Of a stretch of 64,000 bases of DNA, positions 1 through 9,003 are shown one piece after another; positions within the stretch are counted from its first letter, which is position 1; the number at the start of each line of letters is the position of its first letter. The DNA is from Candidatus Methylomirabilota bacterium. GTDB taxonomy: Bacteria > Methylomirabilota > Methylomirabilia > Rokubacteriales > CSP1-6. The stretch covers positions 22,695-86,694 of the forward strand of contig JBKPCB010000014.1 in NCBI GenBank assembly GCA_046727155.1, given 5' to 3'. The position numbers were made by a program, and so were the translations under genes. The notes below the pieces were generated by a model. The model made no database searches. It saw only the letters and a program-made list of their open reading frames with translations, and was not told the origin of the DNA.

Positions 1-446
1 TAGGCCGAGACCGCATAGACCTCGTCATTGGTCATCGTCTGAGGCTTGTCCATGGGCATGGCGCGCCGGATGTAGTCGAAGAGGATCGGCGCGTAGGGAT
101 ACATACTGCCCGGCGTGACCACGCGGGCATTGGTCGTGAAGGAGCCGATGCCGCCCACCATGGGGCCATAGACCGAGCCGCCCTTGGCCTCTGGGCCATG
201 GCATTCCCGGCACTTGCTCTCGTATACCCGCTTACCGTCGGCAACCGACCCGCGGCCGGCTGGCAGCCCGCGTCCGTCGGAGGTACGGATGTCGATGTTC
301 CACGACGCGATGTCCGCCTCGCTGATGGGTTTCCCAAAGCCCACCGTCGGCGGTGGCGGGTTCTGCGACATCCTCGGCCCCGTCGCGCATGCCGCGGCGA
401 CGAGCGCGACTGCGAGTCCCAGCCCGACGACGCTACGCGATCGCAT
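1..446 (-). CDS. c-type cytochrome partner of sulfite dehydrogenase (SorB/SoxD-like); 3' end beyond window
   Basis: Manual minus-strand translation from ATG at 446-444 gives MRSRSVVGLGLAVALVAAAC (signal/lipoprotein-like) followed by a single CxxCH haem motif (CRECHG). The frame runs off position 1. The start overlaps the sorA stop by 14 nt. Confidence 0.7.
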   Translation of the reverse strand, partial: MRSRSVVGLGLAVALVAAACATGPRMSQNPPPPTVGFGKPISEADIASWNIDIRTSDGRGLPAGRGSVADGKRVYESKCRECHGPEAKGGSVYGPMVGGIGSFTTNARVVTPGSMYPYAPILFDYIRRAMPMDKPQTMTNDEVYAVSA

Positions 447-1746
447 TCTTGACCTCCCCGTTCCCGCTGACCGCCCAGGGGAAGACGCCGTTGTGATGCT
501 GGACGAAGCCGACGATCGCGCGGACCTTCTTGATGTCCTCGACAGTCGGCTGCACATAGCCGGAGCTGTCCACGGCGCGGCTTGCGATGACGGCCGGGCT
601 GCCGTTCCAGTTCCACCGGAAGCGGAAGCGCGTGAGCATCTTGTCGAGCACCGGACCCTCGACTGTCGCCTCCTGCCAGTTTCTCCCGCCGTCCAGCGTG
701 ACATCGACCGCGGTAATGCGGCCCCGCCCGGACCACGCGAACCCCTGGATCTCGTACACGCCCGGGCCGGCCAGTTTCATGCCGCCCGAGGGGCGCGTGA
801 TGACCGACTTGCACTCCATCTCGAAGCTGAAGATGCGCCACTTGCCGTCCGGCATGGGATCGGTGTAGCGCGCCGTCTCGCTGCGGAAGTACCAGGGCTG
901 ATCGGACACTTTGATCCGTCTCAGCCACTTCACCGAGACATTGCCCTCCCACCCCGGGATCAGCACGCGCAGGGGATACCCCTGCTCCGGGCGCAGCATT
1001 TCGCCGTTCTGGCCGTAGACGATCATGGAGTCGTCGAGGACCTTGTCGAGGGGGATCGAGCGCGTATGCGTGGCGCCGTCGGCGCCCTCGAACAACACCC
1101 ACTTCGCCCCCGGCTCGAGGCCCGCTTCGTTGAGCAGCCAGGAGGCCGGGATGCCGGTCCATTGAGCTCCGGACAGCAGCCCATGGGTCTGCTGCACGGT
1201 CGTGGAGGCGTTCTTCAGCCAATCGACAAGCGTGTTCCCGGAGCATTCGAGGAAATGGAATCTGGACACCGAGGGGTACCGAAGCAGGTCGTCCATCGTG
1301 AAGACGAGCGAGCGTTTCACCATGCCGTGGATGACCAGCTTATGGGTCTTCGGATCGATGTCGGCGACGCCGGAGTGGTGCCGCTCGTAGAAGAGCCCAT
1401 TGGGCGTAACGACGCCGAGCTGGTCCTGAAGCGGAGTCATGCTCCAGTCGGACAGATTCTGCCGGTTGACGAACACGTCGGTGCGCCGGCGAAGCACCTT
1501 GGCCTCGAACTTCGAGGGCACCCCGTACTCGCTGGCCGGAATCGGCCGCCCGGCTCTCTGCTCGCTCTCGGGAATCGCGAGCGGGGCCGCCTCGACGACT
1601 CGGGGGCCCACCGACGACGCGATGAGGGCGCCACCGACCATGGCCACTCCCTCGCGAAGGAATCTGCGGCGACTGTGGACGTCGGCCGCGCCTTCGGCCT
1701 CGTCACGTGGGGTGGGTTGTCTGCGCTCCGGCCCGGTGGTTTCCAT
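433..1746 (-). CDS. sorA: sulfite dehydrogenase / sulfite:cytochrome c oxidoreductase, molybdopterin subunit (sulfite oxidase family, SorA/SoxC-like)
   Basis: 437-aa ORF with a twin-arginine signal (SRRRFLREGVAM). Conserved sulfite-oxidase-family Moco and dimerisation-domain sequence blocks, followed directly by a cytochrome c gene. Confidence 0.85.
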   Translation of the reverse strand: METTGPERRQPTPRDEAEGAADVHSRRRFLREGVAMVGGALIASSVGPRVVEAAPLAIPESEQRAGRPIPASEYGVPSKFEAKVLRRRTDVFVNRQNLSDWSMTPLQDQLGVVTPNGLFYERHHSGVADIDPKTHKLVIHGMVKRSLVFTMDDLLRYPSVSRFHFLECSGNTLVDWLKNASTTVQQTHGLLSGAQWTGIPASWLLNEAGLEPGAKWVLFEGADGATHTRSIPLDKVLDDSMIVYGQNGEMLRPEQGYPLRVLIPGWEGNVSVKWLRRIKVSDQPWYFRSETARYTDPMPDGKWRIFSFEMECKSVITRPSGGMKLAGPGVYEIQGFAWSGRGRITAVDVTLDGGRNWQEATVEGPVLDKMLTRFRFRWNWNGSPAVIASRAVDSSGYVQPTVEDIKKVRAIVGFVQHHNGVFPWAVSGNGEVKNAIA

Positions 1747-1843
1747 GGCTGGCCCTCCTGAGAAAGGATCCCCTGAGCATCGTTGCTCCGCCGCCCTCGT
1801 ACAACGGCAGTGGGAGCCAAGTCAAGCGAAATGTCCCACTACG

Positions 1844-2158
1844 TCACGCCTCGGCTGATTCCATCAGCGACACGGGCGGACAGGGGCAGGGCACCACAAT
1901 GATTCCCTCCCGGGCGGCACACGCCTCGCACAGCGCCGTCCAGCGATCCAGCCGCACGTAGGCAAGCGACAACCCGACGCAACCTCGCTCATGGATTGGC
2001 CCGCCGTGACACTCGCACGGCTCACACTCGCAGGCGCCGCAGTGCTCGCAGGGCGGCCCAACGACGGCGAAGCCACGCGCGTCCCGGAGAACCCACGGAA
2101 CTTCATCCGTGGGGTCGGGATGATAGCCTTCCTCGGCTGTCCTGTGAACCCTTGGCAT
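1844..2158 (-). CDS. hypothetical cysteine-rich small protein (12 Cys in 104 aa; CEHCGACECEPCECHG cluster), possible metal-binding
   Basis: ORF upstream of and co-directional with sorA. Dense CxxC/CxC motifs. No homolog recognised. An alternative overlapping frame exists, so coding status is uncertain. Confidence 0.3.
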   Translation of the reverse strand: MPRVHRTAEEGYHPDPTDEVPWVLRDARGFAVVGPPCEHCGACECEPCECHGGPIHERGCVGLSLAYVRLDRWTALCEACAAREGIIVVPCPCPPVSLMESAEA

Positions 2159-2301
2159 CGGGTCGGTTCTCCCAGAGGGCTCGATCGGTCAACTCGGCCA
2201 CTATGACCAAGCAGGCCTGGAGGCGCAAGCCCGGTCGGTGTCATCTTCCCGCCCTTCATTAACGCGGTGCATCGGATTCAAGCTGCCCGCTGTCTTCGCG
2301 C

Positions 2302-2331
2302 TTGACAAGAGCCTGACCCCGAACAATATAT
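2302..2331 (+). promoter_or_regulatory. sigma70-like promoter TTGACA-N17-AATATA upstream of the TauE gene
   Basis: AT-rich hexamers stand out in GC-rich sequence. They lie inside the longest-ORF extension of TauE. Confidence 0.4.
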
Positions 2332-2354
2332 CTCACGATGTCTCTACGCTCTGG

Positions 2355-3509
2355 ATGACGATGGCAACGTCCTCGGTTTCCTCTGAGTCGGCCGCCGTCG
2401 CCCAACGCGCCGTGCTCGCCCCTCGCTCGCTCGGCGTGGAGTTTCTGCGGGAGCAGGCACCGATCATCGTGGCCGTCTTTGGCCTGGGCGTCGCGGCCAG
2501 CTATCTGCAGCACGGCTTCCTCGTAGGAGGCGAGCGCCCCTTCCCCTTGGCGGGCGTGCCCGTGCCGCTCTGGCACCTGCTGTGGCTCGGCTTTTGGACC
2601 GGCTACACCATGGCGCTCGTGGGCGAGGCAACCGGGATCTTCTCGCTCCCCTACTCCATGTCCATCCTCCGGTTTGACAACGTCCACGTGAGCCCGACCA
2701 ACCTGGTGATCACCGTCATCAATCCGATTGGGGCTCTCCTGGGCTTTCGCCGGACTGGGCAGTGGAATCTCGACTTCGCCCTCTGGCCGTGCCTGGGCAC
2801 TCTCATTGGGTCGCAGGTGGGGCCGTACCTGCGGGTCACCTACTTGAGCGATCCCGTGCCCTTCAAGGCTCTGGTGGGTCTCGCGCTGTTCTGGCTCGGC
2901 TGTCACCTGGTCTGGGAGATTACGCCGTGGTATCTGAGGGGGCGCGAGACGCAGCGTCTCTTCACCGAGCGCTTCCGGGCGCGGGCTCGCGAGATGGCGG
3001 CCGTCGGGCAATTCCCGTCGGGCATCCCGGAAGGATCCCGAATCGAGACCTTGGAGCGCGGGTGGCGACGGATCAGGATCGGCTTTCTGGGCCAGGAGTG
3101 GACCCTGAGCGTCCCGGTGCTCTTTCTCCTCGGCATCGGTGTCGGCGTCGTCGCTTCGACTCTGGGCGTCGGCGGAGGTTTCCTCTTGACACCGCTCCTG
3201 GTCACGCTGTTCAAGCTGCCGATGTATGTCATCGTGGCCGCCACGATCCCCTTCGTCATGCTCCAGTCCATCGTGGGCCTCGTCTCCTACATGCTGGTCC
3301 TCCCAGCTCTGACAGGGCATCTGGACCAGCCCGAGTGGGCATTCGGCTTCTTCACCGCCAGCACCGCCGTCTTCGGTGCCTGGCTGGCGGCCAAGACGCA
3401 GCGCTTCGTCCCCGAGGCCTACCTCAAGCTCGTGGCCGGCGTGGTCACGGGGCTCGGCGGGCTGCTGTACCTCATCAACTACTTCGTGCCGCTGCCGTTC
3501 AGGATATGA
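2355..3509 (+). CDS. TauE/SafE family sulfite exporter-type membrane protein (DUF81)
   Basis: Polytopic membrane protein with two internally repeated 4-TM halves typical of TauE/SafE. The longest ORF starts at 2238, but a sigma70-like promoter (TTGACA-N17-AATATA, 2302-2331) lies inside that extension. I therefore chose the in-frame ATG at 2355. Confidence 0.75.
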   Translation: MTMATSSVSSESAAVAQRAVLAPRSLGVEFLREQAPIIVAVFGLGVAASYLQHGFLVGGERPFPLAGVPVPLWHLLWLGFWTGYTMALVGEATGIFSLPYSMSILRFDNVHVSPTNLVITVINPIGALLGFRRTGQWNLDFALWPCLGTLIGSQVGPYLRVTYLSDPVPFKALVGLALFWLGCHLVWEITPWYLRGRETQRLFTERFRARAREMAAVGQFPSGIPEGSRIETLERGWRRIRIGFLGQEWTLSVPVLFLLGIGVGVVASTLGVGGGFLLTPLLVTLFKLPMYVIVAATIPFVMLQSIVGLVSYMLVLPALTGHLDQPEWAFGFFTASTAVFGAWLAAKTQRFVPEAYLKLVAGVVTGLGGLLYLINYFVPLPFRI

Positions 3510-3604
3510 GACGAGCGCTCATCAAGCTCGCGCCGCTGCTCCCATTCATCGTGCTCGGGGCGGCCGCCCTCGTGGCGGCCTACCACGTGCACCGTTACTG
3601 GTAG
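3506..3604 (+). CDS. hypothetical 32-aa single-TM peptide (MRRALIKLAPLLPFIVLGAAALVAAYHVHRYW)
   Basis: ATGA overlap with the TauE stop codon. Hydrophobic helix. Ends 9 nt before the next gene. No homology support. Confidence 0.25.
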   Translation: MRRALIKLAPLLPFIVLGAAALVAAYHVHRYW

Positions 3605-3612
3605 GGCCGGCT

Positions 3613-5010
3613 GTGCGAATCCGGACGGGCATCGGGCTGGCCATGCTGGCGCTGCTGCTGGGTGGCGTTTACTACGTCGTCGACATTCATGGACGCGCCG
3701 CGCGCGAGCAGGCGCGGGCAGCCGAGCGGCGCATCGTGAGCTTTGACCCCGCCCAGGTCGAGGAGCTGGCCATCGAGAAGGGAACGGAGCGGGTCGTCGT
3801 GCGCACCGATGGCGTCCGCTGGCGCATCATCGCGCCGGTAAAGGAGCTCGCGGACGACGCGGTCGTCGACGGGCTGCTTGCGTTCGTGGGTCGACTGGAG
3901 AAGGTCCGCTCGCTGGATGGTTTTGACGACCTCAAGGTCGTCGGGCTGGACCCGCCCCAGGCGCGGCTCAGACTGGCACTCCGGAACGGAGAGAGCCTGA
4001 CGCTTCAAATCGGAAGCCCCAACCCGGTCCGGACCGGTGTCTACGCGACGCTGGAGGGCGCCCCCCTCATCTTTCTGGCCCCGACGCAGCTTGCGATCGA
4101 GCTGGCGAAGACACCGTATGTGGACGAGCTGCGCGATCGAGCGATCCTGCCTCTGGATGTGGAACGCGTCGCCCGAGTCGAGATCGACCGCGCCGACACT
4201 CACATTGCCATCGAGCGCATCGCCGACCGGCGGTGGCGGGTGACGCGACCCATCCACGCGGACGGAGACGATGGCATCATCAGGGATCTGCTGTGGAAGA
4301 TCGGCGCAAGCCGCGCAAGCGCCGTGATCCGGACGCCCGGCCGGCCCTCTTCGTATGGACTGGATCGGCCTCACGCACGGCTGACTGTCGTCGACGACCG
4401 TGGAGTCTCACGCGCGCTGGCGGTCTCCCAATCTCCCTCCGACCCGCAGGTTGTCTACGCCAGAGTCGACGGGACCCCGGCAGTCCAGATCACCGACGGC
4501 CAGCTCCTCGCAGACCTCAGCATCGCGCCGGATGTGTTTCGGAATCGCCAGCTCCTGGTCTACGACCGGCGCGAGGTCGAGCGGATCACCATCCGGTATC
4601 CTGCCGACACGCTCGTACTGGAACGGGCGGGCGACCGCTGGCGGGTGACGAAGCCGGTGGAGGGCGAAGCGGTCAGGACGACGGTGGAGAACATTCTCGA
4701 GGTCCTGCCGAACCTCCGGTATGCTACCGCCCACCCGAACGGCAATTCGGACCTCGGGCGCTATGGCCTGGACCGACCGCGGCTCGCGGTGACTGTCGGA
4801 CTTGCGGGCGGCCGAGAGCTGCCGACCCTCGCCGTGGGACGGGAGGAGGGAGGACGGTATTTCGTGATGGTCGGGGCCGCCGCGCCAGTGTATACGATAG
4901 ACGCCCGCTTGCTGCGAGTGATCCCGGCGGATCCGGCTGACGCAAAGCGCTACCCGTTGCCAGAGCAAGTGAAACGGAACATGGAGAAGATCGAGCAAGG
5001 GAGGCGCTAG
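3613..5010 (+). CDS. DUF4340-domain protein with N-terminal membrane anchor
   Basis: GTG start gives VRIRTGIGLAMLALLLGGVYYVV (one TM) followed by repeated RWRV/…beta-rich modules typical of DUF4340. The annotated longer ORF (3376) overlaps the TauE gene out of frame. Confidence 0.65.
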   Translation: MRIRTGIGLAMLALLLGGVYYVVDIHGRAAREQARAAERRIVSFDPAQVEELAIEKGTERVVVRTDGVRWRIIAPVKELADDAVVDGLLAFVGRLEKVRSLDGFDDLKVVGLDPPQARLRLALRNGESLTLQIGSPNPVRTGVYATLEGAPLIFLAPTQLAIELAKTPYVDELRDRAILPLDVERVARVEIDRADTHIAIERIADRRWRVTRPIHADGDDGIIRDLLWKIGASRASAVIRTPGRPSSYGLDRPHARLTVVDDRGVSRALAVSQSPSDPQVVYARVDGTPAVQITDGQLLADLSIAPDVFRNRQLLVYDRREVERITIRYPADTLVLERAGDRWRVTKPVEGEAVRTTVENILEVLPNLRYATAHPNGNSDLGRYGLDRPRLAVTVGLAGGRELPTLAVGREEGGRYFVMVGAAAPVYTIDARLLRVIPADPADAKRYPLPEQVKRNMEKIEQGRR

Positions 5011-5018
5011 GAGACGCC

Positions 5019-5480
5019 ATGGGGGCACATCGTCGAAAACAGTACTTCGGGGTCGCGGCGACATTGCTGCTGCTGGTTCTTGCCGTTTGGCGCGGGGAGG
5101 CGCTCGCGAACCCGAAGCTCATCCTGACCACGTGGCGCATCGAGCCGAGCACGGTCAAGGAGAACCAGCCATGGACGGTCAAGCTCTGGGTGGGCAATAT
5201 CGGCAGCGAGCCGGCCAAGAAGGGATTCACCGTCCAGGTGCTCGGCTGCGACAAGGACTACATCAAGTGCGACAAGGTCTACGCATCTCAGGACCTGAAG
5301 GCGGCCCCGAGTGATCTGGCGCCGGGCAAGCTCCCCGGTCGCGAGATCGTCATGGAGATCAAGCAGGGCCTCGGCAAGGGCGAGCACTTCATCCTCTTCG
5401 TGGTCGACGCGAAGAAGGAGGTCGGTGACGCTCCGATTCAGAAGCAGGTTCGGGTACCAGTGGGATTTCAAAAGTTCTGA
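5019..5480 (+). CDS. secreted hypothetical protein (signal peptide; Lys-rich; lower GC than surroundings)
   Basis: N-terminal signal (AATLLLLVLAVWRGEALA). Beta-rich composition, possibly CARDB-like. No function recognised. Confidence 0.55.
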   Translation: MGAHRRKQYFGVAATLLLLVLAVWRGEALANPKLILTTWRIEPSTVKENQPWTVKLWVGNIGSEPAKKGFTVQVLGCDKDYIKCDKVYASQDLKAAPSDLAPGKLPGREIVMEIKQGLGKGEHFILFVVDAKKEVGDAPIQKQVRVPVGFQKF

Positions 5481-5552
5481 CCGAGAAAGGAGGGCGAACG
5501 GGTTCGCGCTCATGCTCGCAGACTCGAACTCGAACGGCACACGGAGGCAAAG

Positions 5553-6755
5553 ATGCTCTACGTGAAACGGTTCCGGATTCTGGCGACGACACTCGCGATC
5601 ATTCTCAGCCTGGGCGTAGCCAGCGGGGCCTGGGCCGAACTCGAGTACAAGCCGCTCCCGGCCCAGCAGGAGAAGGGCGATCCCGTCCACATCCGCGTCT
5701 ATCATCAACCGTACTACACCCAGTCGTGGAGCTCATCGGTGATGAAGGTCAAGCAGTTCTGGAAGAAGTACCTGCCGCCGGGCTCGACGGTAACCTACGA
5801 GATCGCGCTCCAGGGCGCCCTCGCCGTGAACGCCATCGTGGCCGACAAGGCCGAGTATGGCTACGGCGGCGACGCGCCCAGCGTCCTGGGGATGACCCAG
5901 CCGCGTGAGAAGGCGGACATCCGCGGCGTCTGGGTGAACGGATACTCGAACTGCTGCCATTGCAACGTGATGATCATCGCCGCTGACGCGCCCTACCAGA
6001 AGTCGCCCGAGGATTACGTGAAGTGGCTGAAGGGCAAGCGGGTCGGCGGCGCCAAGGCCTCGTGCAACGACCGCTGGTTCCGTCAAGTGTACAAGCGCTT
6101 CGGCGTCGAGCCCGAGTCCCACGTGCACCAGAGCTTCGAGGTCACGCGGACGCAGTTCCGGGTGAAGCGCATCGACGCGACTGGGATCTGGGAGCCGCAC
6201 GCCTCGGCAATCTGGCTCCAGGACAAGACCGGCCGCCCGGCCGCGACCGGCGGCGCATTCGGGATGGATGATCTCTCCTCGACCTTCGCCAGCAACAAGT
6301 TCATCAAGGCCAATCCGCGGGCTCACATCGCTATGGCCAAGGCGGAGATCGAGTCCCAGATGTGGCTGATCGATCCCAAGCACGAGAAGGAGCTCATCGA
6401 GGCCCTGGCCAAGGAGACCGAAGGCTACTCCAAGCTGGTGCTGTGGCATTCAATGTACGGCAAATACCCTGACGAAGTGGGCGGCCAGGCCATTCGTGAT
6501 TTCCACCCCGTCATGTACACCGACGACGTCAAGCGGTTGTTCAAGGACGTGAGCGACTTCCTCTGGTCCATCAAGGTCACCTCCCAGCTGTTGCCTGCCG
6601 ACGCCTATCTCGAAGAGCCGCTGGCTGTCGCGGCCAAGGAGCTGGGTGTCCGGCTGCCGCTGGAGGGCGGGTTCATCACGGCGCGACCCATCGAAAAATC
6701 GCCGTACTACGATCCGAAGGCGCTGGAGGGAGTGCCACCGGTTGTGAAGAAGTAG
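5553..6755 (+). CDS. ABC transporter periplasmic substrate-binding protein, NitT/TauT (SsuA/TauA/NMT1-like) family
   Basis: Signal peptide, 400 aa, NMT1/SsuA-like fold signature blocks. Followed by cognate permease and ATPase genes. RBS GGAGG upstream. Confidence 0.8.
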   Translation: MLYVKRFRILATTLAIILSLGVASGAWAELEYKPLPAQQEKGDPVHIRVYHQPYYTQSWSSSVMKVKQFWKKYLPPGSTVTYEIALQGALAVNAIVADKAEYGYGGDAPSVLGMTQPREKADIRGVWVNGYSNCCHCNVMIIAADAPYQKSPEDYVKWLKGKRVGGAKASCNDRWFRQVYKRFGVEPESHVHQSFEVTRTQFRVKRIDATGIWEPHASAIWLQDKTGRPAATGGAFGMDDLSSTFASNKFIKANPRAHIAMAKAEIESQMWLIDPKHEKELIEALAKETEGYSKLVLWHSMYGKYPDEVGGQAIRDFHPVMYTDDVKRLFKDVSDFLWSIKVTSQLLPADAYLEEPLAVAAKELGVRLPLEGGFITARPIEKSPYYDPKALEGVPPVVKK

Positions 6756-6777
6756 GGGGCGCGGGCGGCGCGCGCTC

Positions 6778-7743
6778 GTGACCGCGCGCCGCCCAGCCGC
6801 CAGACAAGGCCATATGGCGAAGATCCTGACGAAGACCGCCGCCGCGCCGGCGGCTGAGGCGCGGGTGGAGCCGGCGGTGGTCTACACCCGCCGCCGCATC
6901 CTCTGGCTGCGCACGAAGAAGGCCCTCACCGAGCGATTCTTCTGGCTCGGCTTGCTCGGCATCCTGGCCTTCTTCGTCGGATGGGATCTGGCCTATCGCT
7001 TCGAGCTGCCGCGCATGGAGAAGCTCGAGAGCCCGCTCTACACGTTTCGCGAGTTCACGCTCCCACCGCGGGGGGCGTTGACCTACAACCCGGCGCTGGA
7101 ATCCAAGTGGGGCTACGGTATCTGGGGCACCGCCTGGTACATCGACATCGGAATGAGCGTCTGGCGCATCATTCAGGCCTTCCTGTGGTCCCTGCTGGGC
7201 ATTCCCCTCGGCCTACTGATGGGCTGGAAGCGCTCCATCCGCGATTTCGTATTCGCGCCCTTCGAGCTCATGCGCCCAATCCCGCCCATCTCCTGGGTGC
7301 CGCTGGCCATCGTCATGTTTCCGACTCAAGAGGCGCCCATTGTCTTTCTCTGCGCCATCGCCTCCTTCTTCGCGGTGACCCTCAATACCCTGCTCGGCGT
7401 GGACTCAATCGATCCCGTGTACTTCCGCGCCGCCCGCTGCCTCGGGTCGAGCGAGTGGCAGATCTTCCGCCACGTGATCATCCCGGGCGCCATGCCCTTC
7501 ATCTTCACCGGCATGCTGATCGGACTCGGCGTGGCGTGGTTCTCCCTGGTGGGAGGCGAGATCATCGCCGGCACCTGGGGGCTCGGATACCGGACCATGG
7601 ATGCCTACATGAATGTCGCGACGCCCCAGCTCCTCATCGCGATGTTCACCATCGGGTTCATCGGCATGCTCATGGGGGTCGGGCTTCGCATCCTGCAGCG
7701 GCGCGTGCTCGCCTGGAAAGCCAAGACCGGAGAGACAATCTGA
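6778..7743 (+). CDS. ABC transporter permease, NitT/TauT family (binding-protein-dependent inner-membrane component)
   Basis: 6 TM segments and a conserved EAA-type loop. The start may instead be ATG 6814. Stop overlaps the next start (TGATG). Confidence 0.85.
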   Translation: MTARRPAARQGHMAKILTKTAAAPAAEARVEPAVVYTRRRILWLRTKKALTERFFWLGLLGILAFFVGWDLAYRFELPRMEKLESPLYTFREFTLPPRGALTYNPALESKWGYGIWGTAWYIDIGMSVWRIIQAFLWSLLGIPLGLLMGWKRSIRDFVFAPFELMRPIPPISWVPLAIVMFPTQEAPIVFLCAIASFFAVTLNTLLGVDSIDPVYFRAARCLGSSEWQIFRHVIIPGAMPFIFTGMLIGLGVAWFSLVGGEIIAGTWGLGYRTMDAYMNVATPQLLIAMFTIGFIGMLMGVGLRILQRRVLAWKAKTGETI

Positions 7744-8993
7744 TGCAGGCCCTCCTCGATTTCCTGAAGCGTGTCGAGATCTTCAAGGATCTCGGCCGGG
7801 AGACGCTGGAGAAGATCGCCACCATCTGCGAGGAGAAGCGCCTCCCACGGGGGACCGTCGTCTATCGCACCGGAGAGACCCCCGAGTCCTTCTATATCCT
7901 CAAGCAGGGGGCGGTGAGCCATCCGAGCCTGCTGGGAGGGCGCGGCTCCTCCGACGGGCTCGTCCGCGCGCCGGGCGATCTCTTCGGGCTTGCTGCGGTC
8001 GTGGAAGAAATGAAGCGACGCTTGTTCACCGTCGAGTGTCTCGAGGACACCACGGTATACGCCATCAACGGCGCCCGGCTGCGCGAGATCCTCAAACTGG
8101 ACCCCTCCACCGGCTACGCCGTCATGCAGCGCTTCGCCGGCCTGATGGCCAAGGCCGAGGGGTCCATCCCCGCGCGCACCGGCGCGCTCAGCATCCGAAA
8201 TGCCGGGAAGATCTACGACCCGGAAGGCGTGCACGTGATCGCGGTCGAGGACTGCTCCGTTGAGGTACCGCCCGGGGGGATTTGCGTCGTCGTGGGACCC
8301 TCGGGCTGCGGGAAAACCACCCTCCTCAACACCATCGCCGGCTTCGATAATCTGACCTCAGGAGAAATCTACCTCGACGGGGATCTCATCGCCGCGCCGG
8401 GAAGGGCGCTGAAGCCCGGGCCCGACCGGATCGTGGTCTTCCAGCAGGGCGCGCTGTTTCCGTGGAAGACCGTGCTCGACAACGTCACCTACGGGCCTGT
8501 CATCCAGGGCAAGATGTCACGGAAGGAAAGCGAGGACCACGCGCGGGGCCTGATGGAGAAGGTCGGGCTCGCGGGAATCGAGTCCCAGTATCCGGGAGAG
8601 ATCTCCTCGGGGATGCGGCGCCGGGTCGAGATCGTTCGGGCGCTGATCAACGACCCGAAAATCCTCCTGCTCGACGAGCCCTTCCGCGCCCTGGATGCGC
8701 TGACCAAATCGGTCATGCACGAGTACCTCCTCGAGCTCTACGATCTCTCCCACAAGACCATCTTCTTCATTACCCATGACCTCGAGGAGGCCATCTTCCT
8801 GGGCGACCTGGTCGTGATCATGACAACCCGTCCCGGCCGCGTGAAGAAGCTGATCTCCGTGGATCTCCCCCGCCCTCGCACTTACCGCATGCTGACCTCG
8901 AAGCGCTTCCTGGCCCTCAAACAGGAAACCATCGAGGGCGTGCACGAGGAAGCGCTCAAGGCCTTCGAGGCCGGGGAGCGGGAGCTGGCGTAG
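7743..8993 (+). CDS. ABC transporter ATP-binding protein (NitT/TauT family) with N-terminal cyclic-nucleotide-binding (Crp-like cNMP) domain
   Basis: Residues 1-140 form a classical cNMP-binding beta-roll (IFKDLGRETLEKIA…RTGETPESFYILKQG…). This is followed by Walker A GPSGCGKTT, the ABC signature (EISSGMRRRV), Walker B LLLDEPF and an H-loop. Confidence 0.85.
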   Translation: MQALLDFLKRVEIFKDLGRETLEKIATICEEKRLPRGTVVYRTGETPESFYILKQGAVSHPSLLGGRGSSDGLVRAPGDLFGLAAVVEEMKRRLFTVECLEDTTVYAINGARLREILKLDPSTGYAVMQRFAGLMAKAEGSIPARTGALSIRNAGKIYDPEGVHVIAVEDCSVEVPPGGICVVVGPSGCGKTTLLNTIAGFDNLTSGEIYLDGDLIAAPGRALKPGPDRIVVFQQGALFPWKTVLDNVTYGPVIQGKMSRKESEDHARGLMEKVGLAGIESQYPGEISSGMRRRVEIVRALINDPKILLLDEPFRALDALTKSVMHEYLLELYDLSHKTIFFITHDLEEAIFLGDLVVIMTTRPGRVKKLISVDLPRPRTYRMLTSKRFLALKQETIEGVHEEALKAFEAGERELA

Positions 8994-9003
8994 GGGTGCG
9001 CGA

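Noticed and set aside
32-1761. 404-aa (minus) and 525-aa (plus) ORFs overlapping sorA and the cytochrome c gene
   Set aside because: These are alternative frames of real genes with Arg/Pro/Gly-rich composition. The sulfite oxidase and CxxCH cytochrome frames carry clear family signatures.
1864-2259. 131-aa alternative ORF overlapping the Cys-rich ORF
   Set aside because: It is Pro/Arg/Gly-rich low complexity. At most one of the two frames is coding, and neither is strongly supported.
6981-8993. 670-aa ORF including 250 aa upstream of the cNMP-ATPase
   Set aside because: The upstream part is the permease gene read out of frame. The real gene begins at ATG 7743, immediately after the permease stop.
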